This document shows positions 28,406 to 38,412 of a stretch of 64,000 nucleotides of DNA, piece after piece (positions within the stretch are counted from its first letter, which is position 1; each line of letters opens with the position of its first letter). This DNA comes from Planctomycetota bacterium (GTDB taxonomy: Bacteria; Planctomycetota; PLA2; JAEUHO01). The stretch covers positions 174,336-238,335 of the forward strand of contig CBDCWP010000040.1 of assembly GCA_965223505.1 (NCBI GenBank), in the 5' to 3' direction. The translations under genes were made by a program, and so were the position numbers. The notes beneath the pieces were generated by a model. The model was not told the origin of the DNA. It searched no databases and was given only the letters and a program-made list of their open reading frames with translations.

Positions 28406-31400
28406 CTACTTCGACGGCAGTGAAACGACGAGGCGGAAGCCGACCGTCCAGTCGACATCACCGTCAGGTGGCAACCCGCGGCGGCTCGCACATCGGACTT
28501 CCCTGGGCGGCGACTTCGACGATCCGCCGCGACACACACGAAGGCTCCCCGAGGATGGTCCCGCCGGATCCGACAGTGGCGACTTGCTGTAGTAGTCGTG
28601 CGCGAACCAGTCCGAACACCACTCGCTCACATTCCCAAGCATGTCGTAGAGACCGAATCGGTTCGGGCGGTAGGAACCGACGCTCGCATTGACGATGGCA
28701 CCGTCGTCCTTCGAGAGCGTCGACCACTCCCAACCGGTCGAGAGCCTTGCCTCTTCGTCGGCTGCATTCGCATGGAGAGCCGCATCGGCGAGGCCATCGC
28801 CCCAGTAGTAGAGCGAGGAGGCACCTGCGCGGCAGGCGTACTCCCATTCGGCTTCCGTCGGCAGGCGGTAGCTGGAACTTTCGGGCGCGCGTCCGTCCTC
28901 TCGCGCGTTGAGCCAAGCAAGATAGCAATCACCCTTGCCGTCGCCACGATCGCCGGCGATGTCCCGGTAGTTGATCCCAGGCGCCGGCTGCCCGAGATAG
29001 AAGAGTTGATAAAGCAATTCGGACTTCGGACCGGGAAGCACGTAGCCGGGGTCATGATCCGACTTCCACACTCGATACTGGCGGTTGGTCGTCTCCGCGA
29101 CCTGCATGTAGAACGCGCGCGTGATCCGCACCGTATGTTGCGGGCCCTCATGATCGAGCGGGCTACCTGCATCGCCGTCGCTGAAGCGCTTACGCTCCTC
29201 AGGCGTGGATCCCATCTTGAACGTGCCGGGCGGAATCAGGACGAATCTCATCCCAATGCCGTTCTCCCAGGCAACCGGCACACCCCTGCGCTCCGCCTCC
29301 GCCGTTTGCTCGTCACTGACGCGGGCCCACTTGGGAGTGCGCGGCTCGTGCGCGGCGAGTGACACGGCGAGCCGGAACCCTCCCATCCAACTTGTGGGGT
29401 TCACGTCGCTGCGGGTGCTCCTTGCGCCGCAGCGGGTCCGAAAGACCTGGTCCTGGGCGGAAAAACCTCGCCGAACCCAGAAGGTGCCACCGATCGGCCC
29501 CTGAGGATCGATCGCGTGAGAGACTTCGTAGTATCTGCGGTGGTACCAGTCCGAGCACGTCTCACTGACGTTTCCGAGCATGTCGTAGAGACCCCAGCCG
29601 TTGGGTCGATACGACCCCACCGGGGCGGCCACGCGATGACCGTCGTCGGCCATCAGGTAGGCACCCTCAATATCCTCCCCCAACTCAGGCAACAGCTTCC
29701 TGGTCTCGACATCGAGCCCGTTCATGTACTGGTGCGCGTCTTCCCCACGATCGCCCCAGAAGTAGCGTGTCGTAGTTCCGGCTCGGCATGCGAACTCCCA
29801 CTCTGCCTCCGTAGGAAGCCGGTACCTGACGCGTCGGGGCCCCTTGCTCCACTTCCTGGAATTCAACCAGGCAACGAAGCAATCTCCGTCTCCTAGAAGG
29901 TGTTCCCCCAAGATCTCGAAGTGGTCGACGCCACAGACCGGCTGCGTATCGCCGTTGAGTGAGTGCCCCAGGCAGTCCTCGCTGTCGTGGTCTGGCCGCC
30001 ACTCCCTGTACTGCGCATTTGTGGTCTCCGTAATTTGCAGATAGAAGGCGTGCGAAACCTGCACTCGATGCTGAGGTGCTTCTTCGGAGTACGCGTCGGT
30101 CCACCACTCAATCGACCTCTCCCGCCGCACTTGCTCTCGCTCAGCCTCAGACGTCCCCATCGTGTAGGTCCCTGGGGGGATCAAGACGAAACGCATTCCG
30201 ATGTCGTTCTCCCAAGCGACAGGGACTCCCAACCGCTCCGCTTCCGACCTCTGTTCCGCACTGACCCCCGCCCAGGCAGGTACCGATCGGCTCTCTCTCT
30301 CCCAGGTTTCCAGTTGTGTGCGCGCGCCTTCGTCGATTCTCGCAGTGGGCACGCCCGCATCGACCGCCGCGTCCAGCTGCTTGCGCGCCTCCGGCCAATC
30401 CTTCTCTGTGACTGCCGCGATGAACGCTGCCAGCGGCGCCTCCCACGGTTCAGGCGGTCGTTCGTAGGTCACGGTTCGCTCGACGACCTCGGAGCGGTTG
30501 CCCGCCTCGTCCACCGCCTCGAGTTGAACGGTGATCGCCTCTCCGTCCTTCAAGCCCGTCCGTCGGATGGTGAACTTCGTCCTGTCCGTCAACGTCTCGA
30601 TCTGCTCGACGCCGTCCACCAGGAAGCTCGCAAGGTGCTCCTCGATGATCGAGCCTTCGATGACGAACTCGGGCTGATCGACCGTGTGCGTCGCCTCCGC
30701 TGGACTCATGACCGTGATGGCGGGCGCAACCGTGTCGAGAGCTACGGAAGGCTTGCTCGGCCCGCGCTCGGGTTTCGCGACTTCGATCGGGTCGGTCTTG
30801 GACGAGCGATCGAAGACACCACCGAAGTAGAGCGCGGCACCGAGAGCGAGAACGAGCAGTAGCGCGGTTGCGGGCATCCGCCACCCGCCGCGCACCGCTT
30901 CCTCGTCGACGAGGGTCGTGGACTTCGAGATCGGCGGCGCTGCCGGTGTCTCGGCCGCGCCGACCTTGAACGCCGCGGCAAACGCCCTGCAGTCCGCGAA
31001 GCGCTCGTTGCGATCCAGACTGAGCGCTCGCTCGAGAGCGTCCGCGCACCCCTCCGGCACCGTGTCCACCAGCTCCCGCACCGACGGCGCGGGCTTCACG
31101 AGCTTCAGGTTCGCCGTGTCGAACGGCGTCCGGCCCGCCAGCGCCGCAAAGACCGTGCAGGCCAGCCCGTATTGGTCCGCCCGGGCGTCGATGGTGTCCG
31201 CCCCCGCTCCCTCGACAATCTGCTCGGGCGCCGCGTAGCCCGGCGTAAACATTTTGAGCTGCGTTGCGGTCATCCCAGCGGTTGTGCCGCTGAGCGCCTT
31301 CACGATGCCGAAGTCCGAGAGCAACGGCCGACCTTCGGCATTGAACATGATGTTGGCCGGCTTCACGTCGCGGTGAATGACGCCCACACTCGCCACGGAG

Positions 31401-31786
31401 TCCAGCGCGTCTGCGACCGGCGCGAGCCAACGCAGCACCTCCGCGGGGGTCTGCAGCCGGTCACTCAGGCGCTCCTCGAGCGTACCGCCGCTCAGATAGG
31501 CCATGACGAAGAAAGGGAGGCCCCGGTGTTCGCCTTGGTCGTAGATGTGGACGACGCCCTGCAGGTGTCGCAGTCGGATCTGCTGCGTGATCTCCTTCTC
31601 GAACTTGCGCTTCATCGCCGGCGTAACGAGCAGCTCCGCCTTGGGCACCTTGATGGCGACCGAGTCATCGTCCATGCGGTGGTCGATCGCCCGGTAGACG
31701 TCCGCCATGCCGCCGCCGCCTAGGCGTTCCACCACCTCGTAGCGGTCGAGCAGCGTCGCTCCGAGAAACTCCGTCGACTCACCCAT
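28406..31786 (-). CDS. Receptor-type Ser/Thr kinase: kinase-TM-Ig-like-(FGE/SUMF1)x2
   Basis: Same kinase and FGE motifs as 21705-25949. Confidence 0.92.
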   Translation of the reverse strand: MGESTEFLGATLLDRYEVVERLGGGGMADVYRAIDHRMDDDSVAIKVPKAELLVTPAMKRKFEKEITQQIRLRHLQGVVHIYDQGEHRGLPFFVMAYLSGGTLEERLSDRLQTPAEVLRWLAPVADALDSVASVGVIHRDVKPANIMFNAEGRPLLSDFGIVKALSGTTAGMTATQLKMFTPGYAAPEQIVEGAGADTIDARADQYGLACTVFAALAGRTPFDTANLKLVKPAPSVRELVDTVPEGCADALERALSLDRNERFADCRAFAAAFKVGAAETPAAPPISKSTTLVDEEAVRGGWRMPATALLLVLALGAALYFGGVFDRSSKTDPIEVAKPERGPSKPSVALDTVAPAITVMSPAEATHTVDQPEFVIEGSIIEEHLASFLVDGVEQIETLTDRTKFTIRRTGLKDGEAITVQLEAVDEAGNRSEVVERTVTYERPPEPWEAPLAAFIAAVTEKDWPEARKQLDAAVDAGVPTARIDEGARTQLETWERESRSVPAWAGVSAEQRSEAERLGVPVAWENDIGMRFVLIPPGTYTMGTSEAEREQVRRERSIEWWTDAYSEEAPQHRVQVSHAFYLQITETTNAQYREWRPDHDSEDCLGHSLNGDTQPVCGVDHFEILGEHLLGDGDCFVAWLNSRKWSKGPRRVRYRLPTEAEWEFACRAGTTTRYFWGDRGEDAHQYMNGLDVETRKLLPELGEDIEGAYLMADDGHRVAAPVGSYRPNGWGLYDMLGNVSETCSDWYHRRYYEVSHAIDPQGPIGGTFWVRRGFSAQDQVFRTRCGARSTRSDVNPTSWMGGFRLAVSLAAHEPRTPKWARVSDEQTAEAERRGVPVAWENGIGMRFVLIPPGTFKMGSTPEERKRFSDGDAGSPLDHEGPQHTVRITRAFYMQVAETTNRQYRVWKSDHDPGYVLPGPKSELLYQLFYLGQPAPGINYRDIAGDRGDGKGDCYLAWLNAREDGRAPESSSYRLPTEAEWEYACRAGASSLYYWGDGLADAALHANAADEEARLSTGWEWSTLSKDDGAIVNASVGSYRPNRFGLYDMLGNVSEWCSDWFAHDYYSKSPLSDPAGPSSGSLRVCRGGSSKSPPREVRCASRRGLPPDGDVDWTVGFRLVVSLPSK

Positions 31787-31958
31787 TCGTCATCCAAGTC
31801 AGAACGGCCGTGAGTATAGCGACCTCCTAGCAATGGCGCCCGTCGCAGAGTCGTCGCCTGAGTGCGCACTACTCCTCACAGAGTCGTCTCGGCCCTTTCC
31901 GCGCACCGGCGCGCATCGCGCTGTACAGAGCGAGGTGCAAGGCCGCTATAGTTCGAGG

Positions 31959-32390
31959 ATGAAGATCTGGCTGAATTGTAGCTGTGGGAAGCTGTATCGC
32001 GTCGGTTCGGCGAAAGCGGGAACGTCAATACGCTGTCACGCCTGTGGCAACGAGCTCGCGGTTCCCGACCCGCGCAAGATCGCCGTGGGAGACGAGCCGC
32101 CGGACACCGGCGCCGTTCTTCGTTGGCTGGAGACCCAGTACGAGCTCGGCGCCTCGCGTGAGGAGTTGATCGAGCAGTTCAGCGAGATCACGAGCGCTCC
32201 GTCGGGAGCTGCGTACCTGGTGGACGACTTGATCGCCGCAATGGAGGCAAGGGAGGCGGCGAGTCGGGAGCCCATCGTCGTGCGAAGACGCAGCAATGGA
32301 GGCGGAATGCAGTGGGTCGTCTGGCTGTCGATTCTCGTTGGAATCAACCTGCTTAGCGCTATCTTCGACTGGGGTTTCTGGTTGTACTGA
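31959..32390 (+). CDS. Zinc-ribbon protein with C-terminal TM helix
   Basis: CSCGK...CHACG...VP; terminal TM helix; RBS GAGG. Confidence 0.7.
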   Translation: MKIWLNCSCGKLYRVGSAKAGTSIRCHACGNELAVPDPRKIAVGDEPPDTGAVLRWLETQYELGASREELIEQFSEITSAPSGAAYLVDDLIAAMEAREAASREPIVVRRRSNGGGMQWVVWLSILVGINLLSAIFDWGFWLY

Positions 32391-32392
32391 CG

Positions 32393-32983
32393 GTGTCGTT
32401 CGATCGCGCCCGCGTCCTGGACCTTTTGCTCGCAGCCTCCGTCGTGGGGTGGTCGATCAACGCTGTCGTGGACCGCAGCGGGAGTCTTTGGATTTGGACG
32501 TTCGTTGTGCACGCGACCGTGGCCGGCCTGATCGCGTTCCGCCGAAGATCAACTCAGTTCGCGGGGCTATCCGATGTGCTTGTTTGTCTACCGTCCCTCA
32601 CGGTGGGCGCGGCCGTCGTCTTCCTCGGCGACCGATTGCAGTTGAGCCCTCCGCTTCGCGCCGCCACCGTGGTTGCGGCGCTTTGGATACTCGCCAGCTA
32701 CCTTTCGCTTGGGCGTTCGTTCGGCGTGCTGCCGGCGGACCGCGGGCTGGTTCGAGCCGGCCCGTATCGACTGGTCCGCCACCCTGCGTACCTGGGTCAC
32801 GTGCTGATGGCCGGATGCCTTGGCGCGGCGGTGTCCCCCGTGATCGGTCTCGTCGCGGCCGCAGGTCTCGCGCTATGCGTCGTCCCGAGGTTGAAGGCGG
32901 AGGAGGCGCGACTCGGACGGAGGCACGACTACGCGGGCTACGTCAGGACCGTCCGGTTTCGCCTGATTCCGGGCGTCTGGTAG
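32393..32983 (+). CDS. ICMT/PEMT family membrane methyltransferase
   Basis: LGRSFG, GPYRLVRHPAY, EE..L, Y..Y...VR.RLIPG. Confidence 0.8.
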   Translation: MSFDRARVLDLLLAASVVGWSINAVVDRSGSLWIWTFVVHATVAGLIAFRRRSTQFAGLSDVLVCLPSLTVGAAVVFLGDRLQLSPPLRAATVVAALWILASYLSLGRSFGVLPADRGLVRAGPYRLVRHPAYLGHVLMAGCLGAAVSPVIGLVAAAGLALCVVPRLKAEEARLGRRHDYAGYVRTVRFRLIPGVW

Positions 32984-33011
32984 GGGTCTCTCCGGCAGCG
33001 GCAGCCACTGA

Positions 33012-33236
33012 TCACAACCGCGTGGCGAGTATCAGAGCGACGATTCCGGCTATGAGACCGACCACACCGCCAATGCGATACCCGAGCACCTGCGACCTCG
33101 ACGGCTCGCGGCCGTCATTGTGATGCCGCCACCAGAATTCCGGCCAGACAATGAGCGTGACGCTGAGCGCGATGATGAGGATCACGACCACGTACGAGAG
33201 GATGACGACACCGTTCGCGCCGAGAGTGAAGCTCAT
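33012..33236 (-). CDS. Small membrane protein
   Basis: Two TM helices flanking WP..WW...EPS. Confidence 0.55.
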   Translation of the reverse strand: MSFTLGANGVVILSYVVVILIIALSVTLIVWPEFWWRHHNDGREPSRSQVLGYRIGGVVGLIAGIVALILATRL

Positions 33237-33252
33237 TATGAAATGCTCCCGG

Positions 33253-36200
33253 TCATTTGGACGCCCCCAGACTCGCGAGCCAGTTCAGGTCGCCCAAGTC
33301 GGTGATCTCGTACGCACTCTCAAGACGATCGACCTTCTCCTTCCCAATCGCCTCTTCCAACTTCTTCTGATGCTCGAGCCGTAGCGGGATCATCTCTCCG
33401 AGCTTCTCGATGATCAGAGGGAAGTACTTGGCGGCCGCGGCGGGCCGCTTCGACTCATCCTGACGGGCCTCTTCGAGCTCACGGCGTACGTCATCGGCCG
33501 ACGTGCTCCCATCGGCAAGAAGCTCATAGACGGCGGACATCGTCTCGCGAGTGATGCGGCGAACGGATTCTTGCTCCTCGGCTGTGAGACCGAGATCCGC
33601 AGCCGCGTGTGCGAGCGTGACCTTCTTTCTGGGATGCTCGATGGTGACTGCAAGACGGAAGCCCAATGTGCCTTCCGAGAGCGGCAAACTGCGTTCAGCG
33701 GGTTTGGCGCTTGCGCGGTTCGAAGACCGCAAGACGTACCATGAAGCACGCCAACTTCCGCCGCGGAGCGCGCGCACCGGAGTCTCGGTTCCGGGGGTCG
33801 CGACCCTCGGGTCGGCCTTGGGCGAGGACTTGTAGTAGGAGGGGTCGTACCAATCAGCGACCCACTCCCAAACGTTGCCCAGCATGTCGTAAATGCCGAA
33901 GCCGTTCGGAAGATAGGACGCAACAGGCGCACTCACGGCATGCCCGTCATCTTCGGGGAATCCCTGCGACCATCCGGCGTTGGCGTATCGATGCCCGATT
34001 TCATGGCTTTCTCCCCAGAAGAACGGCTTCGAAGACCCGGCACGGCACGCGTACTCCCACTCGGCTTCGGAGGGAAGGCGGTATGCCATGCGGTCCGGCG
34101 TCCCGGGCTCGAACCGGTTGTTCAACCAGTCGAGAAAACAGTCGCCATCGCCGTCGCCCTTCGTTCCGGCGATGTCATGGTGGCTCACGTGGACGGCGGG
34201 CTGTTCGTCTCGATTCAGGCTCTGGCTATGGCTGGTGCCGCTGTCGTGACCGGACTTCCAATGCCTGAACTGCGCATTACTGACTTCCGTGGTCTGCAGG
34301 TAGAACGCGCGGGTGATCTGCACCTCGTGCCGGGGAAACTCCTGGCGGTACCAGTCCCTCTGCTGGCTTGGCTCCGCCTCGATGATGTCTTCGATCTCCT
34401 CGTCCGTGGCTCCCATCATGAACGTACCCGGCGGAATCAGGACGAACCGCATTCCGAGGTCGTTCTCCCACGCCACAGGAACGCCGAGCCGTCTCGCCTC
34501 GCGCTTCTGCTCGTCGTTGACCATTGCCCAGGAAGGAACTCCCTGATTCGCCTCCCAGTCTTCGAGCCTCTTTCGCAACTCGGACGGGATCTGCGACTCC
34601 GGAACGCCTGCCTTGATCGCGGCGTCCAGTTGCTTGCGAGCCTCCGGCCAATTCTCCTGCTCGGCCGCTCCACGAAACGCCGCGAGCGGTAACTCCCAGG
34701 CGGCGCGCTGCCGCGCTGCCGGCGTTGGCAGTGACGCCACAAGGCGAAAGCCCAAGCAGCCGTGCCCCGGGGGCTTCTGGCCATCGCGCCGCGCGTGTCG
34801 ATACTCGCGGCTGTGGCTACAGGCTCCCTTGGTCACACGCACAGCACCCGTCGCGGGCCCCATCGGATCGATCGACGAACCCGGCCGGAAAGGCGCAAAC
34901 CAGTCACTACACATCTCGTTCACGCTCGCGACCTGATCGTAGATGCCCCATGGACTCGGCCGGTAGCTGCCGACATTCCCTTGCGAAAACGACCCCGAGC
35001 TTGGGTCGATCTCGTCCCCGCCGTACGGACGCGCGCCCGCACCGTCATCGCCCCAAAAGTAGATCGTGTCGGTTCCCGCTCGAGCCGCGTGCTCCCACTC
35101 CGCCTCCGTTGGGAGGCGGTACCTCGTCGCCCCGTCGGCACGCTCAGTCAGCCATGTGGCGAACTCCATCGCCTCGACATGCGTGATGCAAGTTGCCGGC
35201 TGCTCGTCTCCGTTGATCTCATACGCGTTCTCGATGCGATCGCGTTCCACGTCCTTGAACGCGCTGACGTGCTCCGGCCGCCAGCGACGATACTCACGAT
35301 TCGTGACTTCCGTGATCTGCAGGTAATACGCTTTCGTCAGCGTCACGCGATGGATCTGCTCATCGCTCGCCTTGTGATCCTCTGTTGCGACAGCGCCAGG
35401 ACGCCGGCCCATGCGAAACGTCCCCGACGGAATCAGGACGAAGCGCATGCCAATCTCGTTTTCGAAGGCGACGGGGACGCCGAGCCTCTCGGCCGCGACC
35501 TTCTGTTCGTCGGAGACCTTCGCCCACGCCAACTCTGGAGAGGCCTTGGCCGGTGACGCTTCTCGAGGACGCTTCAATGGCAGCGGAAACCGATCTCTCA
35601 TGTCACGCGCAACGTCCGCAAGCTCATCGCGCAGCTTCCTAAGCCGACGTTCGTCGCTGCTCGTCAGCTTCCCTTTGCGGGTCCACTTCTCCTCGGACAT
35701 GCGCAGGGCATTGGCCAACTTCGTGACTTCCGACAAGTCCTTGAGGTGACGCTTGACTTCACGATCGAGACTCTTGTCGTAGACCCTGTTCGCGTACTTC
35801 TTTAACGCGCCATAGAGACTCGACACCTTCACCCTCGTCAGAGCGTAGACGTGGTCTCCTCCGTCACCTGGTAGCAGTGCCGCCGGGGTCACGAACACCA
35901 GCCGGGGAACGTCCCTCTTGTAGTCGCCTGACAAGAGAGGATCCAGGTTGGCGTCCTCGGGTGTCATCCGAAGGGTCCGAAACGCCTGCAGGCCCAAGCT
36001 GACCTTGTGGTCCGGGAACACGATTAGCTCGATCTTCTCCGAGTCGCTGTCGTCCTTCTCGTTCCGCACGTAGATCAGTAGCGGCTTGTCGACCGGTGTC
36101 GCAAGAACCACCTTCCCGTCGGAATCCACCTTGGCGATCCGCGTGACCCGCTCCCAGGCGACTGTTGTTGTCTCTTGGCCTGGAACGCGGGCCACGACAA

Positions 36201-38049
36201 CCGACGACCCATGGACCCAGGCCGGCAGCGGGGGCTCCAAGGTGACGTTGACGGCGCGGGCAATACGCTGTTCGTTCACCTCGATGTCGCGAACGACGCA
36301 TTCGATGCTGACGGGACCGTAGGCCTCGAACGCGAGCTCGACGGAGAACTTGCCGTCCTCCACGGCGGCCACCTTGCCACCGACTGTGAGTTGATCTGAG
36401 GGGCGCGGCGTGTCGAGCGTGCCCGTGACGGTCAGGGAGAGTCCCTCGACCAGATCGCTGCTTGCGGGGGAGTTGATCGTCAGAGCGGGCGGAAGCGCCT
36501 CCCATGTTTCGATGCCGCGTTCCAACCACGCAGGAAGCGCCACAAGTGGTGCGCCCGCACTCACGGCTGCCTTCAGGTGCTTGCGGGCGGCGTACCAGTC
36601 CTCCGTCTCCCCCTCGGCAATCGCCTCCGCCAACGGCGCCTCCCAGGGCTTTGCCGGACGCACGTAGGTCGCGGTTCGGCCGGCTGTGGCGCGATTGCCG
36701 GCCTCGTCCACAGCAACGATCTGAATCGTCGTTGCCTTGCCCTCCTCGAGCGTTCGCCGAATCGTGAAGCGGGCGCCGTCCTGAAGCGTCTCGATCTGCT
36801 CCACGTCATCGACGAGGAAGCTCGCGAGATGCTCGTCGACAACCGTTCCGACGATCACGAGCTCAGGACGATCTACGGTCTGAACGAGGTCTTCGGGACT
36901 CGTGATCGTGATCACCGGCGTCGTCGTGTCGGGTGGAGGCGCAGGGGGAATCGGATCAGGCCCCGGTTCAGGGTCGGGTTCCGTCTGCGGCTCCGGATCG
37001 GGTTCCGTAGCCGGTCCTTCGTCGCTGACAGTGACCGGTTCGCCCTTCGGTTCCTGGTGCGCGAAGAGGTAGCCGTAGCCGACGTAGATCCCGGCGGCGA
37101 TCACCGCTCCGAGGAGCAGCGCAAAGACGACACGGGATCTCGGTTTCGCCTCGGGCCCGACCGCCGCGGTCGTCCGGGCCGTCTTCGCGGGCTTCTTGCG
37201 CTTCGGAGGAGACGCCTTCACGAGCCCGGCCTCGAACGCCTTCGCGAACGCCGTGCAGTTCTCGAAGCGCTCGTCCGGATCGCGCTTCAGTGTCTTGCCG
37301 ATCGCGTCAGCGCACGCCATCGGAACGGTGCCGACGAGCTCGCGCACCGACGGCGCCGGCTTCATGAGCTTGAGGTTCGCCGTCTTGAACGGCGTTCGGC
37401 CTGCCAGAGCCGCGAACACCGTGCAGCCGAGCGCGTATTGGTCGGCGCGACCGTCGATCGTGTCGGCACCCGCACCCTCGACGATCTGTTCCGGCGACGC
37501 GTAGCCCGGCGTGAACATCTTGAGCTGCGTCGCCGTCATTCCGGCCGTCGTGCCGCTCAAGGCCTTGACGATGCCAAAGTCCGAGAGCATCGGGCGGCCG
37601 TCCGCGTCGAACAGGATGTTCGCCGGCTTCACGTCGCGATGGACGACCCCGATCTTGGCGACGGCGTCGAGCGCCTCGGCGACCGGCAGGAGCCACGCGC
37701 AGACCTCTTCCGGGGTCTGCAAGTTGCTGCCAAGCCGGTCTTCGAGGGCGCCGCCGCCGAGATAGGCCATGACGAAAAAGGGCATGCCCTCGTGCTCGCC
37801 CTGGTCGTAGATGTGGACGACGCCGGGCAGATGGCGCAGTCGAATCTGCTGCTTGATCTCCTTCTCGAACTTTCGCTTGAGCGCCGGCGTGACGAGCAAC
37901 TCTTCCTTGGGAACCTTGATGGCAACCGAATCATCGTCCATGCGGTGGTCGATCGCGCGATAGACGTCCGCCATGCCCCCGCCACCAAGGCGTTCCACGA
38001 CCTCGTAGCGGTCGAGCAGCGTCGCACCGATGAATACCGACTCGCTCAT
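33253..38049 (-). CDS. Receptor-type Ser/Thr kinase: kinase-TM-Ig-like x2-inserted domain-(FGE/SUMF1)x2-helical tail
   Basis: Same kinase and FGE motifs; extra central domain (KPLLIYV...PRLVFVT) and a C-terminal helical domain. Confidence 0.92.
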   Translation of the reverse strand: MSESVFIGATLLDRYEVVERLGGGGMADVYRAIDHRMDDDSVAIKVPKEELLVTPALKRKFEKEIKQQIRLRHLPGVVHIYDQGEHEGMPFFVMAYLGGGALEDRLGSNLQTPEEVCAWLLPVAEALDAVAKIGVVHRDVKPANILFDADGRPMLSDFGIVKALSGTTAGMTATQLKMFTPGYASPEQIVEGAGADTIDGRADQYALGCTVFAALAGRTPFKTANLKLMKPAPSVRELVGTVPMACADAIGKTLKRDPDERFENCTAFAKAFEAGLVKASPPKRKKPAKTARTTAAVGPEAKPRSRVVFALLLGAVIAAGIYVGYGYLFAHQEPKGEPVTVSDEGPATEPDPEPQTEPDPEPGPDPIPPAPPPDTTTPVITITSPEDLVQTVDRPELVIVGTVVDEHLASFLVDDVEQIETLQDGARFTIRRTLEEGKATTIQIVAVDEAGNRATAGRTATYVRPAKPWEAPLAEAIAEGETEDWYAARKHLKAAVSAGAPLVALPAWLERGIETWEALPPALTINSPASSDLVEGLSLTVTGTLDTPRPSDQLTVGGKVAAVEDGKFSVELAFEAYGPVSIECVVRDIEVNEQRIARAVNVTLEPPLPAWVHGSSVVVARVPGQETTTVAWERVTRIAKVDSDGKVVLATPVDKPLLIYVRNEKDDSDSEKIELIVFPDHKVSLGLQAFRTLRMTPEDANLDPLLSGDYKRDVPRLVFVTPAALLPGDGGDHVYALTRVKVSSLYGALKKYANRVYDKSLDREVKRHLKDLSEVTKLANALRMSEEKWTRKGKLTSSDERRLRKLRDELADVARDMRDRFPLPLKRPREASPAKASPELAWAKVSDEQKVAAERLGVPVAFENEIGMRFVLIPSGTFRMGRRPGAVATEDHKASDEQIHRVTLTKAYYLQITEVTNREYRRWRPEHVSAFKDVERDRIENAYEINGDEQPATCITHVEAMEFATWLTERADGATRYRLPTEAEWEHAARAGTDTIYFWGDDGAGARPYGGDEIDPSSGSFSQGNVGSYRPSPWGIYDQVASVNEMCSDWFAPFRPGSSIDPMGPATGAVRVTKGACSHSREYRHARRDGQKPPGHGCLGFRLVASLPTPAARQRAAWELPLAAFRGAAEQENWPEARKQLDAAIKAGVPESQIPSELRKRLEDWEANQGVPSWAMVNDEQKREARRLGVPVAWENDLGMRFVLIPPGTFMMGATDEEIEDIIEAEPSQQRDWYRQEFPRHEVQITRAFYLQTTEVSNAQFRHWKSGHDSGTSHSQSLNRDEQPAVHVSHHDIAGTKGDGDGDCFLDWLNNRFEPGTPDRMAYRLPSEAEWEYACRAGSSKPFFWGESHEIGHRYANAGWSQGFPEDDGHAVSAPVASYLPNGFGIYDMLGNVWEWVADWYDPSYYKSSPKADPRVATPGTETPVRALRGGSWRASWYVLRSSNRASAKPAERSLPLSEGTLGFRLAVTIEHPRKKVTLAHAAADLGLTAEEQESVRRITRETMSAVYELLADGSTSADDVRRELEEARQDESKRPAAAAKYFPLIIEKLGEMIPLRLEHQKKLEEAIGKEKVDRLESAYEITDLGDLNWLASLGASK

Positions 38050-38412
38050 TCGTCATCCAGCTTGCTAGCCGCAAGAGAATACGAAAGCGACGCCACGATC
38101 CAAGCGTCGGGAGTCGGTGCGTGAAATGACCCGGCAATTCGACGGTCGATTCGAAGTTTCGTGACGACGGCGACCCATTGGCGTCCCGCGGCTCAGGCAC
38201 CCGCTGACCGAGGCGCTTCGGCCGAGGCTCAGGAGACTCGAGTCGGCGAACTGCACAACGCGGCGGCGTCCTCGGGGCCACCGAAGTGTGGAAAAAGAGC
38301 CGGGCAACGGACCCGGAGCGGTGGGAGTACGCTCCGGTGGAGATCAGCGATGGGGCGTTGCCCAATCGACTTCGAGGGTGTCAGAGGTTCGGTATCCGGT
38401 GCCCGGCGTCAG

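Noticed and set aside
16839..38049. Prophage carrying the tRNA array
   Set aside because: No structural, terminase, replication or integrase genes and no att repeats flank this region.
21705..38412. Complete diversity-generating retroelement
   Set aside because: FGE/CLec targets are present, but I found no reverse transcriptase, no avd and no AAC-rich template repeat in the genes or spacers of this window.
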